Source: Planctomycetota bacterium
GTDB lineage: Bacteria; Planctomycetota; UBA1135; UBA2386
Direction of reading: 5' to 3'
Length of the DNA stretch: 64,000 nucleotides
Assembly: GCA_947501605.1 (NCBI GenBank)
Contig: CANMWZ010000003.1
Location: 96,001 to 160,000, forward strand
The notes under the pieces are model-generated. The model did no database searches. It was given only the letters and a program-made list of their open reading frames with translations, and was not told the origin of the DNA. Positions 17,097 through 28,029 of the stretch are shown here, in pieces. The translations under genes were made by a program, and so were the position numbers. The number at the start of each line of letters is the position of its first letter. Positions within the stretch are counted from its first letter, which is position 1.

Positions 17097-18473
17097 ATGC
17101 GATGGTTCTTGTTCGTCGCCGCTGCGGTCGCCGCTGCGGTCCCTGCCCAGTCGATCCCGCTGCTGCTCGTCAGCGGCCAGAACAACCATGACTGGAGCTA
17201 CACCTCCGCCGAAATCCAAGGCGCGCTCGAAGACTGCGGCCAGTTCGCAGTCACCCGTACGAACAAACCACACCAGGACCTCGGGGCACTCGATCTGTCG
17301 AAGTTTGCGGCCATCGTGCTCGACTACAACGGCGACCGCTGGGGCAGCGACGCCGAGCGCGCTTTCCTGGCTGCAGTAGAAGGCGGCACAGGCGTTGTCG
17401 TCGTTCACGCAGCCAACAACGCCTTCCCCGGCTGGAAGGAGTACGAGGCCCTGGTCGGGCTCTGCTGGCGCGACGGCACTGGCCACGGCGCCTATCATCC
17501 CTTTGCCGTGCATGTCGTCGACGCTGCCCATCCGATCACCCAAGGCATCGATGACTTCCACATGCATCCGGACGAGCTCTACCACCAACTCGTACCCATG
17601 CCTGGCGCCGACTACCGCGTGCTGATGTCGGCGTTCAGCGACCCAAAGACCGGCGGCACGGGACGCTTCGAGCCAATGGCTACCGTCGCCCACTACGGAA
17701 AGGGTCGAGTGTTCCATACGCCCCTGGGGCACACGTGGACGGGGCAACTGCCCACGCGCGCCACGTGGCGCGACCCTCAACTGCGGCACTTGCTCGCCCG
17801 CGCCACGGAGTGGGCGGCGACGGGAGCCGTGACGCTGCCGCCCAGTGCGCCAAACTGCCTCAGCACCGCGGAAGCGCAGGAGGGCTTTGCGCTGCTGTTC
17901 GACGGACGCACGCTCGACGGCTGGCGCGGCTACCAGCAAAAGGGCACACCGGCGCAGGGTTGGCGCGTTCGCCATGCGGCCATCGAACACCAAGCGCAGG
18001 GCGGCGGTGGTGACCTGATCACCGCGGATCGATTCTCCGACTTCGATCTTCGTTTCCAATGGCGCGTCGAGTCTGGTGCCAACTCGGGAGTCATCTGGCA
18101 CGTGCTGGAAACCGAAGAACAGACCTACATGACCGGACCCGAGTACCAGATCTACGACGACCTCACCGAGAAGCCCGAGCCGCAACACGGTGCAGGAGCC
18201 CTCTACGATTTGGTGCCGAACACCGGCGCCAAGATCCAACCAGCTGGCACCTGGAACGACGGCCGTATCCTGCTGCACAAGGGTCGCGTGGAGCACTGGC
18301 TGAACGGAGTGCGGCTGCTCGACGTCCCATGCGTCGGGCCCGAGTGGGAAGCGATGGTCGCAGCAAGCAAATTCAGGGCGTGGCCATTCGGTCGCGCGAC
18401 CAACGGCCACATCGCCTTGCAGGATCACGGCGACGGCGTCGCCTACCGCAGTTTGAGGATCAAGCGCCTGTGA
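17097..18473 (+). CDS. Exported ThuA-like domain + DUF1080 (3-keto-disaccharide hydrolase-like) fusion
   Basis: Signal peptide; HDW, HPDELY and [12 protein letters not shown] (ThuA); [25 protein letters not shown] and GHIALQDHG (DUF1080). Confidence 0.85.
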   Translation: MRWFLFVAAAVAAAVPAQSIPLLLVSGQNNHDWSYTSAEIQGALEDCGQFAVTRTNKPHQDLGALDLSKFAAIVLDYNGDRWGSDAERAFLAAVEGGTGVVVVHAANNAFPGWKEYEALVGLCWRDGTGHGAYHPFAVHVVDAAHPITQGIDDFHMHPDELYHQLVPMPGADYRVLMSAFSDPKTGGTGRFEPMATVAHYGKGRVFHTPLGHTWTGQLPTRATWRDPQLRHLLARATEWAATGAVTLPPSAPNCLSTAEAQEGFALLFDGRTLDGWRGYQQKGTPAQGWRVRHAAIEHQAQGGGGDLITADRFSDFDLRFQWRVESGANSGVIWHVLETEEQTYMTGPEYQIYDDLTEKPEPQHGAGALYDLVPNTGAKIQPAGTWNDGRILLHKGRVEHWLNGVRLLDVPCVGPEWEAMVAASKFRAWPFGRATNGHIALQDHGDGVAYRSLRIKRL

Positions 18474-19852
18474 GCTCCAAGGAGACAACCGCATCGGTCC
18501 TGCTGATCGAAGACGACGACAGCTTGCGTCGCGTCTGGAGCGACGAGCTGCAGCGGATGGGCTTTGCCGTGAAGGCGCTGGCTCGTGCCGAACCGGCGCT
18601 CGATGCAGTGCGCCTCGAGCCACCCGACGCCATCCTGCTCGACCTCAATCTGCCGGGAATGCCTGGCATGCAGGCGCTGGAGAAGCTCCTGGCGATCGAC
18701 AACACCCTGCAGATCATCGTCTGCACCGGCCACGGCACGGTGCCGCTGGCGGTCGATGCCATGCGCCGCGGCGCGATGGACTTCTTGGCCAAGCCCGTCA
18801 GTCTCGACGTGATGGAGCAGACGGTGCGTCGCGCGACCGGGACCGCCTCGCTGTTGCAAGAGAACGCCCGGCTGAAGCGAATCACCGCATCGGCCGCACC
18901 GGTCGGAACGATCACGTTGAGTCCCGCGTCGCAACGCTTAGACGCCACCCTGCAACGCGTTGCGCAAACCCAACAGACGGTGCTACTGCTCGGCGAAAGC
19001 GGCACCGGCAAGGAGCTCGGCGCACGCCGGATCCACGCGCTCGGACAACGGGCGCACATGCCGTTCGTCGTGATCAACTGCGGTGCGATGCCGCGGCACT
19101 TGATGGAGAGCGAACTGTTCGGCCACGTGAAAGGTGCTTTCACGGGCGCCGAACAAAAGCGCCTCGGACTGTTCGAAGCCGCTTCGGGTGGCACGATCTT
19201 CCTCGACGAAATCGCGGAGTTGCCCCTCGACCTGCAGCCGGCCTTGTTGCGCGCCGTGCAGTTTGGTGAGATTCGGCCGGTGGGCAGCGATGTGGTTCGG
19301 AAAGTCGACGTCCGCGTGATCGCAGCCACCCACCGCGATCTCCACGCGATGATCCAGAGCGAGCGCTTCCGCGAGGACCTCTACTATCGTCTCGCCGTGC
19401 TCGAAGTGAGAGTGCCGCCCTTGCGCGAACGCACCGAGGACATCGGCGAACTTGCTCGGCTGTTTCTCGGCCAGCAGAACGCCCGCAACGGCCGCACCCT
19501 CATGCTGTCGCCAAGCGCCGTCGGTCGGCTCGAGCGGCATCCATGGCCCGGCAACGTCCGTGAGCTGGAGAACGTCATCGTGCGCTTGTCGGTGCTGGCG
19601 GCGGGGCCAGAGCTTAATGCCGCCGATGTCGACGAGTTTGCGATCGGCTCGCGGCCGCAGGCTCAGAGCGGGCCGCTGCCAACTTTGTCCCTGCGCGAAC
19701 TGGAGAAGACCGCGATCCAGGAGGCAATGCGACGCTTCGATGGCAACAAACGCAAGGCGGCCGAGGCCCTCGGGGTGGCACTCAAAACGCTCTACAACAA
19801 GCTGAATGCCTCAGACGGAGCGGAGGACGCCGACGAGCCAGAAGCGCAGTGA
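18470..19852 (+). CDS. Sigma-54-dependent response regulator (NtrC family)
   Basis: Receiver ([14 protein letters not shown]); [27 protein letters not shown]; Fis HTH. GTGA overlap with the upstream gene. Confidence 0.92.
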   Translation: MSSKETTASVLLIEDDDSLRRVWSDELQRMGFAVKALARAEPALDAVRLEPPDAILLDLNLPGMPGMQALEKLLAIDNTLQIIVCTGHGTVPLAVDAMRRGAMDFLAKPVSLDVMEQTVRRATGTASLLQENARLKRITASAAPVGTITLSPASQRLDATLQRVAQTQQTVLLLGESGTGKELGARRIHALGQRAHMPFVVINCGAMPRHLMESELFGHVKGAFTGAEQKRLGLFEAASGGTIFLDEIAELPLDLQPALLRAVQFGEIRPVGSDVVRKVDVRVIAATHRDLHAMIQSERFREDLYYRLAVLEVRVPPLRERTEDIGELARLFLGQQNARNGRTLMLSPSAVGRLERHPWPGNVRELENVIVRLSVLAAGPELNAADVDEFAIGSRPQAQSGPLPTLSLRELEKTAIQEAMRRFDGNKRKAAEALGVALKTLYNKLNASDGAEDADEPEAQ

Positions 19853-19877
19853 GGGCACGGAGGCCGCGCTACCGCAG

Positions 19878-20378
19878 TCAGCCGCGATCCCAGACCCCGG
19901 ACTTGCCACCGGATTTGTGCAGCAGCTCGACGCGCTCAATGCGCGCCGAGCGGCAAGCGCCCTTCACCATGTCGTAGATGGTCAGCGCAGCAACCGCTGC
20001 GGCGGTCATCGCTTCCATTTCCACGCCGGTTGGTCCCGTCGATCGTGCCTCGGTGACGATGCCGATCGCATCCTCGCCGATGGACTCGAAGTCCACCTGC
20101 ACGTGGCTGAGCTGAAGGGGATGGCATAGAGGCACCAGCCGCGAGGTTTCCTTCGCGCCTTGAATGCCAGCAAGGCGGGCAACCGTGAGCACATCGCCCT
20201 TTGGCATCGTGCCGGCCATCACCATGGCGCGAACTGGGGCCAGCATCGATACGGACGCCGCGGCGCGGGCCAAGCGCACCGTTGCGGGCTTGTTCGACAC
20301 ATCGACCATGCGGGCGCGGCCGTTGCCGTCAACGTGGCTGAGCTGTCCTGCCGGAGAATCGTCAACCTCGTCGTTCAC
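19878..20378 (-). CDS. moaC: Cyclic pyranopterin monophosphate synthase MoaC
   Basis: LSHVD, MVDVSNK, KGDVL, LVPLCHP, TGVEMEA, YDMVK, KSGGKSG. Confidence 0.95.
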   Translation of the reverse strand: MNDEVDDSPAGQLSHVDGNGRARMVDVSNKPATVRLARAAASVSMLAPVRAMVMAGTMPKGDVLTVARLAGIQGAKETSRLVPLCHPLQLSHVQVDFESIGEDAIGIVTEARSTGPTGVEMEAMTAAAVAALTIYDMVKGACRSARIERVELLHKSGGKSGVWDRG

Positions 20379-20622
20379 TCGAACAGCGTAGCGGAACGCC
20401 GGAGGGGCAAGGACGATGGATCCAAAAGGACGCTGGCATCGGCTGGCGGCTGCGACGTATAGGTTGCTCCGTCGTCGATTCGGCCTAGTGCAAGGACGCC
20501 CTTCCCTGAGGCACCGGATTCGATCGATCCGCGCACCGGCGTAGGTCGATGAATCCCGATCGGACGAACCGTCGGACCACGTGTCGGACACCCGTCGAAC
20601 CAACCAAGACACCGGAGACCGC

Positions 20623-22962
20623 ATGCTTCGCATCCTGTCGGCCCGCACCCTGTTCAGCCTCTTCCTCCTGGCGACCGCAGCACCTGCGGTGGCCCAGGAT
20701 CTGGCTGGCAAGGTCGCCACGCTTCTCGCCCAGGCGGACGCCGCCCCACTCGACCGCGCCTTTGACTTCGGGCTGCAGATCCTGGACACGACCGACGACG
20801 AACGAACAGACCCGCTGCGGGATGCCATCGTGCACAGCGCGCAGTCGGTCGGCGACCACGGCCGCATCGCCGCCGCGGTCGCCATGCAGAAGTTGAAGGC
20901 CGACGCCACCTACGGCAAGGACATCTTCGACCTGCTGCAGTCCGTGACGACTTCGACCAAAGCCGAGGCGCGGGCTGCGGCGATGGCGCTGCTCGGCGAA
21001 GAGCGGTTCTTCAACACCCGCATCCTTCCCGATGTGCGCAAGGTGCTGGAGGACAACTGCAAAGACGAACTGGTGCCATCCCAGGTTCGAATCGAGGCAG
21101 CGGTGGCGCTCTGGCACACGGGTTCGAGTGCGCAGCGGTCCATCGCCAAGACGGCGCTGGAGCAGTTCCTGCGGTCGACCGATCGGGAGCTGCGCGTCCG
21201 CGGCGCGTTGGCCCTGGCCGATCTCAACGTCGCCGCCGGGGACGCGTGGACCGTTCTCCGCGACATCCAGCTCGAGCCCAACGACCTCGGACGCCGCGCC
21301 CGCCTCTATCTGAAGCGCGAAGAGGAGCGCCGTGAGTTCGAAGCGATGCTGACCAAACTGGTCGAGCAGAAGAACCGTCCCGACCAGATCGACAGCACGG
21401 ACGAGTACCGAGTGCTCACGGAGTTGCGCCAGCGTGTGCACGCCAACCACGTGAACGGCAGCCAGGTCAAGGACGACGAGCTGATCGAGTACGCAGCCAA
21501 GGGCATGTTGCAGGGCCTCGACCCCCACAGTGTGTTCTTCACCAGTGAGGAGTTCCGCAGGTTCTTCTTTGACCTGCACCCCGAGTACGGCGGCATCGGC
21601 GCGTTCGTCAACTTCGACCAGGACAACGATTTCTCCATCATCCGTCCGATCTACTCGGGCCCTGCCTACAGCGTCGGACTGAGGTCGGGCGACAAGATCC
21701 TCGAAGTCGACGGCTGGGAGACCGCAGGCCACACGAGTGAGGACATCATCGGGCGCCTCAAGGGCCGACCAGAGACCCAGGTCTCGCTCAAGGTGTTCCG
21801 ACCGGGCTGGCAGGCCGCGGAGACCATGACCATCGTCCGCCGTCAGATCACCGTGCCGTCGGTCAACTACACGATGTTGCCAGGCAAGGTTGGCTACATC
21901 GAGCTGGTGACGTTCGGGGCGGCAACCTCCGAAGAGATGGAAGTCGCGCTGCGCTCCGTGATGCAGCAGGGCGCGATCGGCATTGCCCTCGACGTCCGCA
22001 ACAACACCGGCGGCTTCCTCACGCAGGCCCGCGAGGTGGTCGAGAAGTTTGTCGCCGGTTCCAAACTCGTGGTCTACACCGAAGGCCCGAGTGAGCCGCG
22101 GCGCGACTACAAGACGCGCAACACTGCCATCTGCGATCTGCCGCTCGCCGTTCTGACAAACAACCTGTCGGCGTCCGCCAGTGAGATCACCGCCGGTGCA
22201 CTACAGGATCTCGGCCGAGCGACGATCGTTGGCCAACGCACGTTCGGCAAGGGGACCGTGCAGAACATGATGGCGCTCGCCAGCGACCCAGGGGAGCGAT
22301 TCGAGGACCTCAATGACGACGGGTCGTGGCAAGAAGGCGAGCCGTACACAGACAGCAACAAGAACAGCAAGTTCGATGTCGGCGCGCACATCAAGCTCAC
22401 GGTGGCGAAGTACTTCCTGCCGAGCGGCAGGTGTACGCACCGAGAGTTCGACAAGGACGGCAAGATCGTGGATCCAGGTTGGGGCGTCACGCCAGAGTTC
22501 GAGATCGAGCTGCTGGAGCAGAAGCCCGAGGACGCGTGGAAGAACAGCGCGGTGTTCGCCTTGCTCAAGAAGGCCGTCTTCCGCGAGTACGTGAAGAAGC
22601 ACCTGAAGGCCAATGAGGAGCTGTTCCGCCAACTCGCCGAGGGCGACGAGGGCAACCCAAAGAAGTACCCGGACTTCGACGCGTTCTATTCGAGCCTCGA
22701 CACCAAGCTGTCCGAGGACGATGTGCGACGGTGGATCCGCTACGAGGTCCGCGATCAGGTCAGCGACCTACGGGGCGCGACCTACCCGGGGCAGCGCGCA
22801 CTTGGAGACCCACAGGAGGACGCACAATTGCAGGAAGCTGTCCGACAGCTGATGAAGAAGGCGGGCAAGGACATCCGCGAAGTCGATGCCTACAAGAACG
22901 TGCTGAAGATCTCGTTTGACGAGAACAAGGCCGCTGCCACTGGCGCCGAGCCGCACAAGTGA
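20623..22962 (+). CDS. Carboxyl-terminal processing protease (S41) with N-terminal HEAT-like region and PDZ domain
   Basis: Signal peptide; LDPHS, YGGIG, PDZ GLRSGDKI, LDVRNNTGG, SASASE (catalytic Ser), TFGKG (Lys). GGAGA RBS upstream. Confidence 0.9.
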   Translation: MLRILSARTLFSLFLLATAAPAVAQDLAGKVATLLAQADAAPLDRAFDFGLQILDTTDDERTDPLRDAIVHSAQSVGDHGRIAAAVAMQKLKADATYGKDIFDLLQSVTTSTKAEARAAAMALLGEERFFNTRILPDVRKVLEDNCKDELVPSQVRIEAAVALWHTGSSAQRSIAKTALEQFLRSTDRELRVRGALALADLNVAAGDAWTVLRDIQLEPNDLGRRARLYLKREEERREFEAMLTKLVEQKNRPDQIDSTDEYRVLTELRQRVHANHVNGSQVKDDELIEYAAKGMLQGLDPHSVFFTSEEFRRFFFDLHPEYGGIGAFVNFDQDNDFSIIRPIYSGPAYSVGLRSGDKILEVDGWETAGHTSEDIIGRLKGRPETQVSLKVFRPGWQAAETMTIVRRQITVPSVNYTMLPGKVGYIELVTFGAATSEEMEVALRSVMQQGAIGIALDVRNNTGGFLTQAREVVEKFVAGSKLVVYTEGPSEPRRDYKTRNTAICDLPLAVLTNNLSASASEITAGALQDLGRATIVGQRTFGKGTVQNMMALASDPGERFEDLNDDGSWQEGEPYTDSNKNSKFDVGAHIKLTVAKYFLPSGRCTHREFDKDGKIVDPGWGVTPEFEIELLEQKPEDAWKNSAVFALLKKAVFREYVKKHLKANEELFRQLAEGDEGNPKKYPDFDAFYSSLDTKLSEDDVRRWIRYEVRDQVSDLRGATYPGQRALGDPQEDAQLQEAVRQLMKKAGKDIREVDAYKNVLKISFDENKAAATGAEPHK

Positions 22963-22992
22963 TTGTGCGAGGCGCAAGGTGATGAGCGCGCC

Positions 22993-24594
22993 TCAGTTGC
23001 CACCGACCGTCGCGGTCACCACCGCGATGGTCTCGGGAGTCTTGTCGGCTGCGTCGTAGAGCCGAACGAACCGTGCCGCGTGCTCGCCGGTCTCGCCGCG
23101 CAGAGCATCAACCCAGTGCGGAGGCACGGTCTGGTAGTGCAACCAAGCCACGACCTGCAGAGTCCCGTGCGCTGACTCGGGCAAATCGATGCGATAGCCC
23201 ACCGCATCGCCCCCAGCGGTGAAGTCGATATCGCTGCCGATGCCGACGGGGATCGTCGCCTCCGCATGCGGGCCATCGTGGCGATAGCCGCGCGGCAGCA
23301 GCCGTGTGTCCTTCTGCCGCTGCGACATCCTCGCCAGCGAGGTTGTTGGGTTGCCCTCAGGGTCCGCCGCGATCAACTCGTAGACCGGCACGTCCTGTGG
23401 CGACTGCACCAGCGTGACATGCGGCAATCCGTGCTCGTCGGCGATATCTCGCAAGCGCCCGTCGTCGGTGAAGGCGCCACTTTCAAACACCACGGCACCA
23501 GCAGAACGCACCTGCACATGCAGCCAGGCCCGCCGCGATGGATAGCCCGACGGAAACTTGTGTCCGCAGCGATTCTGCACTCGCACCGAAAACGACAGCG
23601 TAGCACCCTCCCGCTGCAGTCCTTCGACCTCGATACTTGCAGTATCCTCGCCCAACTGCCGCTTGGTCGAAGCTGCCGTGCGCTGCAACGCTTCGCTGCT
23701 GGCCTCGACCCCGAGTTCCTCGCGGTTGTCCGCCAACAGCCGCAGCATGAAGGCGTTGCCGCCGACGAACGCATGGGCACGATAGCCGTCGCGCACCGGG
23801 ATCAGGAACTCGCGGCCCATCGGGTTGCGAGCGATGCGCGTGCGACCCGTCTCAGGCATGTGACACTGCTGGCACGTGCGCGAAGTCTCGGTCGCACCGG
23901 TCTCGTCGCTGAACTCACTGTTGCGCCATTCGAAGTAGGGTGTCTGCTCGGGGAACAGGGCACCGTGGTGCGCAGTCGTGAGAGTGTGGCACGTGCCGCA
24001 CAACGCCGACGTGCGCACATGCGACGCCTCCACTGGCGTGTAGCCGACCATGTTGCGCATCGGCGCTTCGACGGGATGCGCGAAGGGTCCGAAGATCTTG
24101 CGCTCCTTTCCGAGCACTGGCTGGCCGGACAACGTCGACTCCGTGCCAAGCCCTTCGCTGGTGATCTGATGGCACACGGTGCACGACACGCCGTCGCTCG
24201 CCAGTTTGTTGCTTTCGAGATCGTGAAGGCGTGGAGCCGGTTGCCCCGCCAACACTCGATCGTGGTGCGCCATGGGCGCGTGGCAGCGCAAACAGAGTTC
24301 CTGCAACTCCTCGCTGCCTCGCGACTCTCGCTCGAGTTGGGCGCGGAAGTACGGATCGCGATAGCTGTTGGCCATCAGCGTCGATTGCCACAGCCCATGC
24401 GGCGAGACGTCGTCACCGGTGCTGGATCGCATCGCACTGGCGGTCGGCGAAACCGAATGGCAAATGCTGCAATCACGCCCCAAGCGGAAGTGCGAATCGC
24501 CGGCTGCTGCGGGACGCTGCGTCAGCAGCGAGCCAGTTAGAAAACCGGCTCCGCACACGAATCGGACGACACGATGGCGCAACGACGGGTTCAC
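22993..24594 (-). CDS. Exported multiheme c-type cytochrome (5 CxxCH)
   Basis: CSICH, CLRCH, CTVCH, CGTCH, CQQCH; C-terminal GHKFPSG beta domain. GTG start lies 7 nt after TACGCT. Confidence 0.85.
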   Translation of the reverse strand: MNPSLRHRVVRFVCGAGFLTGSLLTQRPAAAGDSHFRLGRDCSICHSVSPTASAMRSSTGDDVSPHGLWQSTLMANSYRDPYFRAQLERESRGSEELQELCLRCHAPMAHHDRVLAGQPAPRLHDLESNKLASDGVSCTVCHQITSEGLGTESTLSGQPVLGKERKIFGPFAHPVEAPMRNMVGYTPVEASHVRTSALCGTCHTLTTAHHGALFPEQTPYFEWRNSEFSDETGATETSRTCQQCHMPETGRTRIARNPMGREFLIPVRDGYRAHAFVGGNAFMLRLLADNREELGVEASSEALQRTAASTKRQLGEDTASIEVEGLQREGATLSFSVRVQNRCGHKFPSGYPSRRAWLHVQVRSAGAVVFESGAFTDDGRLRDIADEHGLPHVTLVQSPQDVPVYELIAADPEGNPTTSLARMSQRQKDTRLLPRGYRHDGPHAEATIPVGIGSDIDFTAGGDAVGYRIDLPESAHGTLQVVAWLHYQTVPPHWVDALRGETGEHAARFVRLYDAADKTPETIAVVTATVGGN

Positions 24595-24810
24595 CTGCAG
24601 GAGCGTAGACGTGAATTCCCCAAGCGCCAGCGGCAGTGGCCGCCCCAAAGGGCCCAGGAATGCGCCGCGAGCTCCGTTCCGAATCTTCGGACGCCGCGGC
24701 GACTTCGTTCCTTGCCCGCGACCGTCGTTGCTCGACCTCGCGCGGCGGAGAGGTCCCAATCCAGTTCTATTGAGCCAGATCCGCCAGTCGGCCCGGCACC
24801 CTGGTAGCCT

Positions 24811-25560
24811 TCAATTGCTCGTCTTCGGCGGAAGGAACTCACCAAGGAACTGCGGCAACATCTTGCGCCACGTCACCCAGTCGTGACGCCACTCTTTGCC
24901 CCACGCGTCGACGCGATTGGGGATGCGCTTCTGGCCGAGGACACGCTCAACGTTCCAGCTCTGGGCCGGATCTTCGAACTCGCCTTGGCCGTGCGCGAGG
25001 AGAACGAACCGCTTGCGTAGCAACTCGAGTTGCGCGCCCTCCAACTGGGGCACGAAATGCAAGGGCGAGCAAGCGTGGTAGTCCGGCGTCGGGCGCCCCT
25101 CGACAAACCGAGTCATGTCGTAGGTGCCGCTCATGCAGATGGCGAGTTGGAAAAGATCCGGGTGACGACAAACCGCCGCCAATGCGTTGAATGCACCGAT
25201 CGAGGCGCCGGCCGCATAGATCTGGGCATTGGGGTCGTTGCAGTCACGGCGGATCGCCGGGACGACTTCGCGGGCAATCGCAGCATCAAAGCGGTTCTGC
25301 ACCGCAGCGGCCTGGTCCAGGGTGTCGCACTCCTGGAGCCACGCTTGGCCGGCGATCGAGTCGATGCAGTAGACCTTGAGTCGCAAGTCCTGGATGTACT
25401 CGCCGATCGCCTCGATCAAATGGAAACGCTCCGGCTCCTCGGCATCGCCGCCTGCCGTGGGGAACAAGAGCAGCGGCTGCCCCATGACGCCGTAACGGAC
25501 GAACGTGATCTCACGGCCACCGAGAGCCGGCGAGCGCCAGCTGATCTTGTGCTTGCTCAT
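24811..25560 (-). CDS. Putative esterase (alpha/beta hydrolase)
   Basis: GASIG nucleophile elbow, MSGTYD, HDWVTWRKM. ATGA-coupled to the ATP-grasp gene. Confidence 0.85.
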   Translation of the reverse strand: MSKHKISWRSPALGGREITFVRYGVMGQPLLLFPTAGGDAEEPERFHLIEAIGEYIQDLRLKVYCIDSIAGQAWLQECDTLDQAAAVQNRFDAAIAREVVPAIRRDCNDPNAQIYAAGASIGAFNALAAVCRHPDLFQLAICMSGTYDMTRFVEGRPTPDYHACSPLHFVPQLEGAQLELLRKRFVLLAHGQGEFEDPAQSWNVERVLGQKRIPNRVDAWGKEWRHDWVTWRKMLPQFLGEFLPPKTSN

Positions 25561-26801
25561 GCGTACTGCTCCCCGAGTTCCTTCTTGCCGACTTGGACAG
25601 CCTGAAAGAAGCGTTCACTGAACTCGTCGACTTCGTGGGCGGGATAGATGTGCGCGACTTTCTTGCGCACTGCCGAGCGGCAACCGTCGCTGCCAAACCA
25701 CGCCAGTGCGGCATCGGTCAGCGGTCGCAACTGCTTGCTGCAGAACTCGTCAAAGCGCTCCGAGTCGAGCCGCTTCTTGGCGATCGCACCGTAGCGCTTC
25801 AGCTTCTCGGCATAGGGCAGCTTCTGGGCCGCCACTTCCTGGAAGGGCGCGAAGTCCAGCGTCTGCCGCATCGGCCGCTTGGTCGCAGCGCAGTACACGG
25901 CCCAGCGCAGGTTGGCGAACACGTACCACGGCCAGTGGCAGTGGATCGAGTTCACCTGACTGTCGGGGCACGGATTCGCGAAGTCGATCGGGTGGAACGT
26001 ACCCTTGGTGCGAAGCGCCTCGCACGAGTTGAAGTCCCAGCCAAAGAACGCATTGATGAGCAAGCACGTGTCGACCATCACCTGCGCATCGGCGTTGCTG
26101 CAGAAGTCGCGATCGGCCAAGTAGCGACCATGCAGCGGCTGCGACGGGTCGTACTTCATCAAGCGCACCTGCGGGCCGATACCGACCGCGCGCACGAACA
26201 AGTCGTAGCCGGCCACGGACTGCTGCAAGTGCATGAGGTGCTTGTCACTCTGGTCGTAGATCTCGCGCAGCTCAACCTCATCCCTGATCTGACTGACGCC
26301 CTGCCAGCCCCCGCCATCGAATGGCTTCATGAACATCGGGTAGCCGATCTGCGCGCCCTGCTGGCCGAGGTCGAACAACCGAGCGTGGCTCTGCAGCGTG
26401 AACTCGAGGTCCGCCTTCGGCTCATAGTTCTTCTGCGGGACCATCAGCGTTGGCGGGATGGGCATGCCGAGCGCCATCATCGCGCAGTACGTCGAGTGCT
26501 TCTCGTAACTCTGCACGGACCATGGGTTGTTGTAGACGTAGAGCCCGTCCATCAAGACCGACTTCTTGATCCACTCGCGGCGCAGGTTGAACCAGTGCGT
26601 GAGCCGATCCACCACCAGGTCGAACTTGCACGGCGCCTGCAGCGAGAACGGCTCGAGCGTCATGCGCTCGACATGGAAGTTCACGGTGTCGGAGCCGACC
26701 TTCACCTGCAACTTGCTCTTGGCGAGGATCTCCTCGAACGCGAGCGGCCAGCAGATGTCGGCACCGAGCGAGAGACCGATGTTGCGAGTGAGGTTGGCCA
26801 T
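25557..26801 (-). CDS. ATP-grasp fold ligase (RimK/glutathione synthetase-like)
   Basis: NNP..EKH, IGYPMFMKPFDGGGWQGV, LQQSV, NSCE, PIDFANPCPD. Confidence 0.8.
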   Translation of the reverse strand: MANLTRNIGLSLGADICWPLAFEEILAKSKLQVKVGSDTVNFHVERMTLEPFSLQAPCKFDLVVDRLTHWFNLRREWIKKSVLMDGLYVYNNPWSVQSYEKHSTYCAMMALGMPIPPTLMVPQKNYEPKADLEFTLQSHARLFDLGQQGAQIGYPMFMKPFDGGGWQGVSQIRDEVELREIYDQSDKHLMHLQQSVAGYDLFVRAVGIGPQVRLMKYDPSQPLHGRYLADRDFCSNADAQVMVDTCLLINAFFGWDFNSCEALRTKGTFHPIDFANPCPDSQVNSIHCHWPWYVFANLRWAVYCAATKRPMRQTLDFAPFQEVAAQKLPYAEKLKRYGAIAKKRLDSERFDEFCSKQLRPLTDAALAWFGSDGCRSAVRKKVAHIYPAHEVDEFSERFFQAVQVGKKELGEQYA

Positions 26802-26892
26802 GCGTCGCGGCAAGAGTCAGGGGCGCGGCACTATGCCAAGAAGGGCGGGCCGAAGGAACAAGGGCGGGCACCCTTCCGAGTTCGCGGCGCCG

Positions 26893-28029
26893 TCACTCGT
26901 AGACCATCCACAGCGGACCCGGGAACAACCAGGTCAATCCGTCTCGAAGCCGGTCGCGCCAGTTCTCCCAGTTGTGGCCGTCGTTCGCTTCCTGGAGCCG
27001 CACCGCCATGCCCGTGTCCTGCAAGGTCGGGACCAGGGAGCGATTGAAGTAGATCAGCGATTCGTAGACGCCGCAGGACAAGAACACCTGCTCCGACGGC
27101 TTACCAGGTGCCCGACGGAACTCGTTGACGAAGGCCACTACGGGATCGAAGACGGGCCCACGTCCGTGATCGCCGATCTCGGTGAACACGAACGAGCCAG
27201 ACTGCAGCAGCAGGCGACCGAAGACACCTGGATTTCGCCATGCACAGTGCAGACTGGCGACGGCGCCGAAGCTCGCGCCGCACAACCCGCGAGCGCCCGC
27301 GTGCTTGACCAGCGGGTACTCGGCTTCGAGTTGCGGCACCAGATCCTCGACCAAGAAGCGAGCGTGTCGATCGTCGGCCGCGTACTCGTGCATGCGATCG
27401 GGAGACTGGATCAGCGCCGCCACGAGCGGCGGCAGTTCGAGACGGTGGATCAGGTTGTCCAGCACATGCTGCAGATCCGCGAAGCCGAGGTAGTCGCGCC
27501 CGTCGTGAACTACGAGGAGCGGATAGCGGCGCGTCCGGCGGAACCGCGCCGGTAGGTAGACCTGGATCGGACGCTTCTCCCCAAAGGCCACACTGTCGAT
27601 CGTGCGCTCCTCGATCGACCCAGGACGCGCGTCCGGATCCTCCGTCGACCACTCCGGTGGACGATAGCCTTCGCCATAGACCACAGAGTTGGCGCCGAAC
27701 GGATCGCGCGCCGATTGCGCATTGAGCGGATCGCGGATCAACGCGCCGCGCCCGTACATCATCACGCCGAGCTTGTACTCCATGCGCGAGCCCGGCGGCA
27801 GGTCGACCTGCAGCACGAACACGCTCGAACCGCGCAAGCGGCGGAACGGCAAGCTCGGCGGCAAACCGTGGATCCAATGCTGCAGCGTCACTTCCTGACC
27901 GTCGCCTTGGTAAAGGAAGGTCACAGTTCGCCCTTCGACGCGCGGAAACGTCGTCTGTGCGACGAGCCGTTCGAGTGCGTGCGGCCCCATCGTCGCCGCC
28001 TGCTCGATCTCCTGAAGGATGCTGCTCAT
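26893..28029 (-). CDS. Fes (enterochelin esterase)-like alpha/beta hydrolase with N-terminal Ig-like domain
   Basis: RMEYK..DPLN, VYLP, YPLLVVHDG, GASFG, QSGS, GHNWENWR. ATGA overlap with the upstream gene. Confidence 0.85.
   Translation of the reverse strand: MSSILQEIEQAATMGPHALERLVAQTTFPRVEGRTVTFLYQGDGQEVTLQHWIHGLPPSLPFRRLRGSSVFVLQVDLPPGSRMEYKLGVMMYGRGALIRDPLNAQSARDPFGANSVVYGEGYRPPEWSTEDPDARPGSIEERTIDSVAFGEKRPIQVYLPARFRRTRRYPLLVVHDGRDYLGFADLQHVLDNLIHRLELPPLVAALIQSPDRMHEYAADDRHARFLVEDLVPQLEAEYPLVKHAGARGLCGASFGAVASLHCAWRNPGVFGRLLLQSGSFVFTEIGDHGRGPVFDPVVAFVNEFRRAPGKPSEQVFLSCGVYESLIYFNRSLVPTLQDTGMAVRLQEANDGHNWENWRDRLRDGLTWLFPGPLWMVYE

Noticed and set aside
24664..24700. GC hairpin (GCCGCG..TCCGA ATCT TCGGA..CGCGGC) as terminator or ncRNA
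   Set aside because: No U-tract and no recognisable RNA family; such stems are common by chance at this GC content.
26822..26840. Sigma-54-like TGGCA upstream of the ATP-grasp gene
   Set aside because: GG-to-GC spacing is not the required 10 nt.
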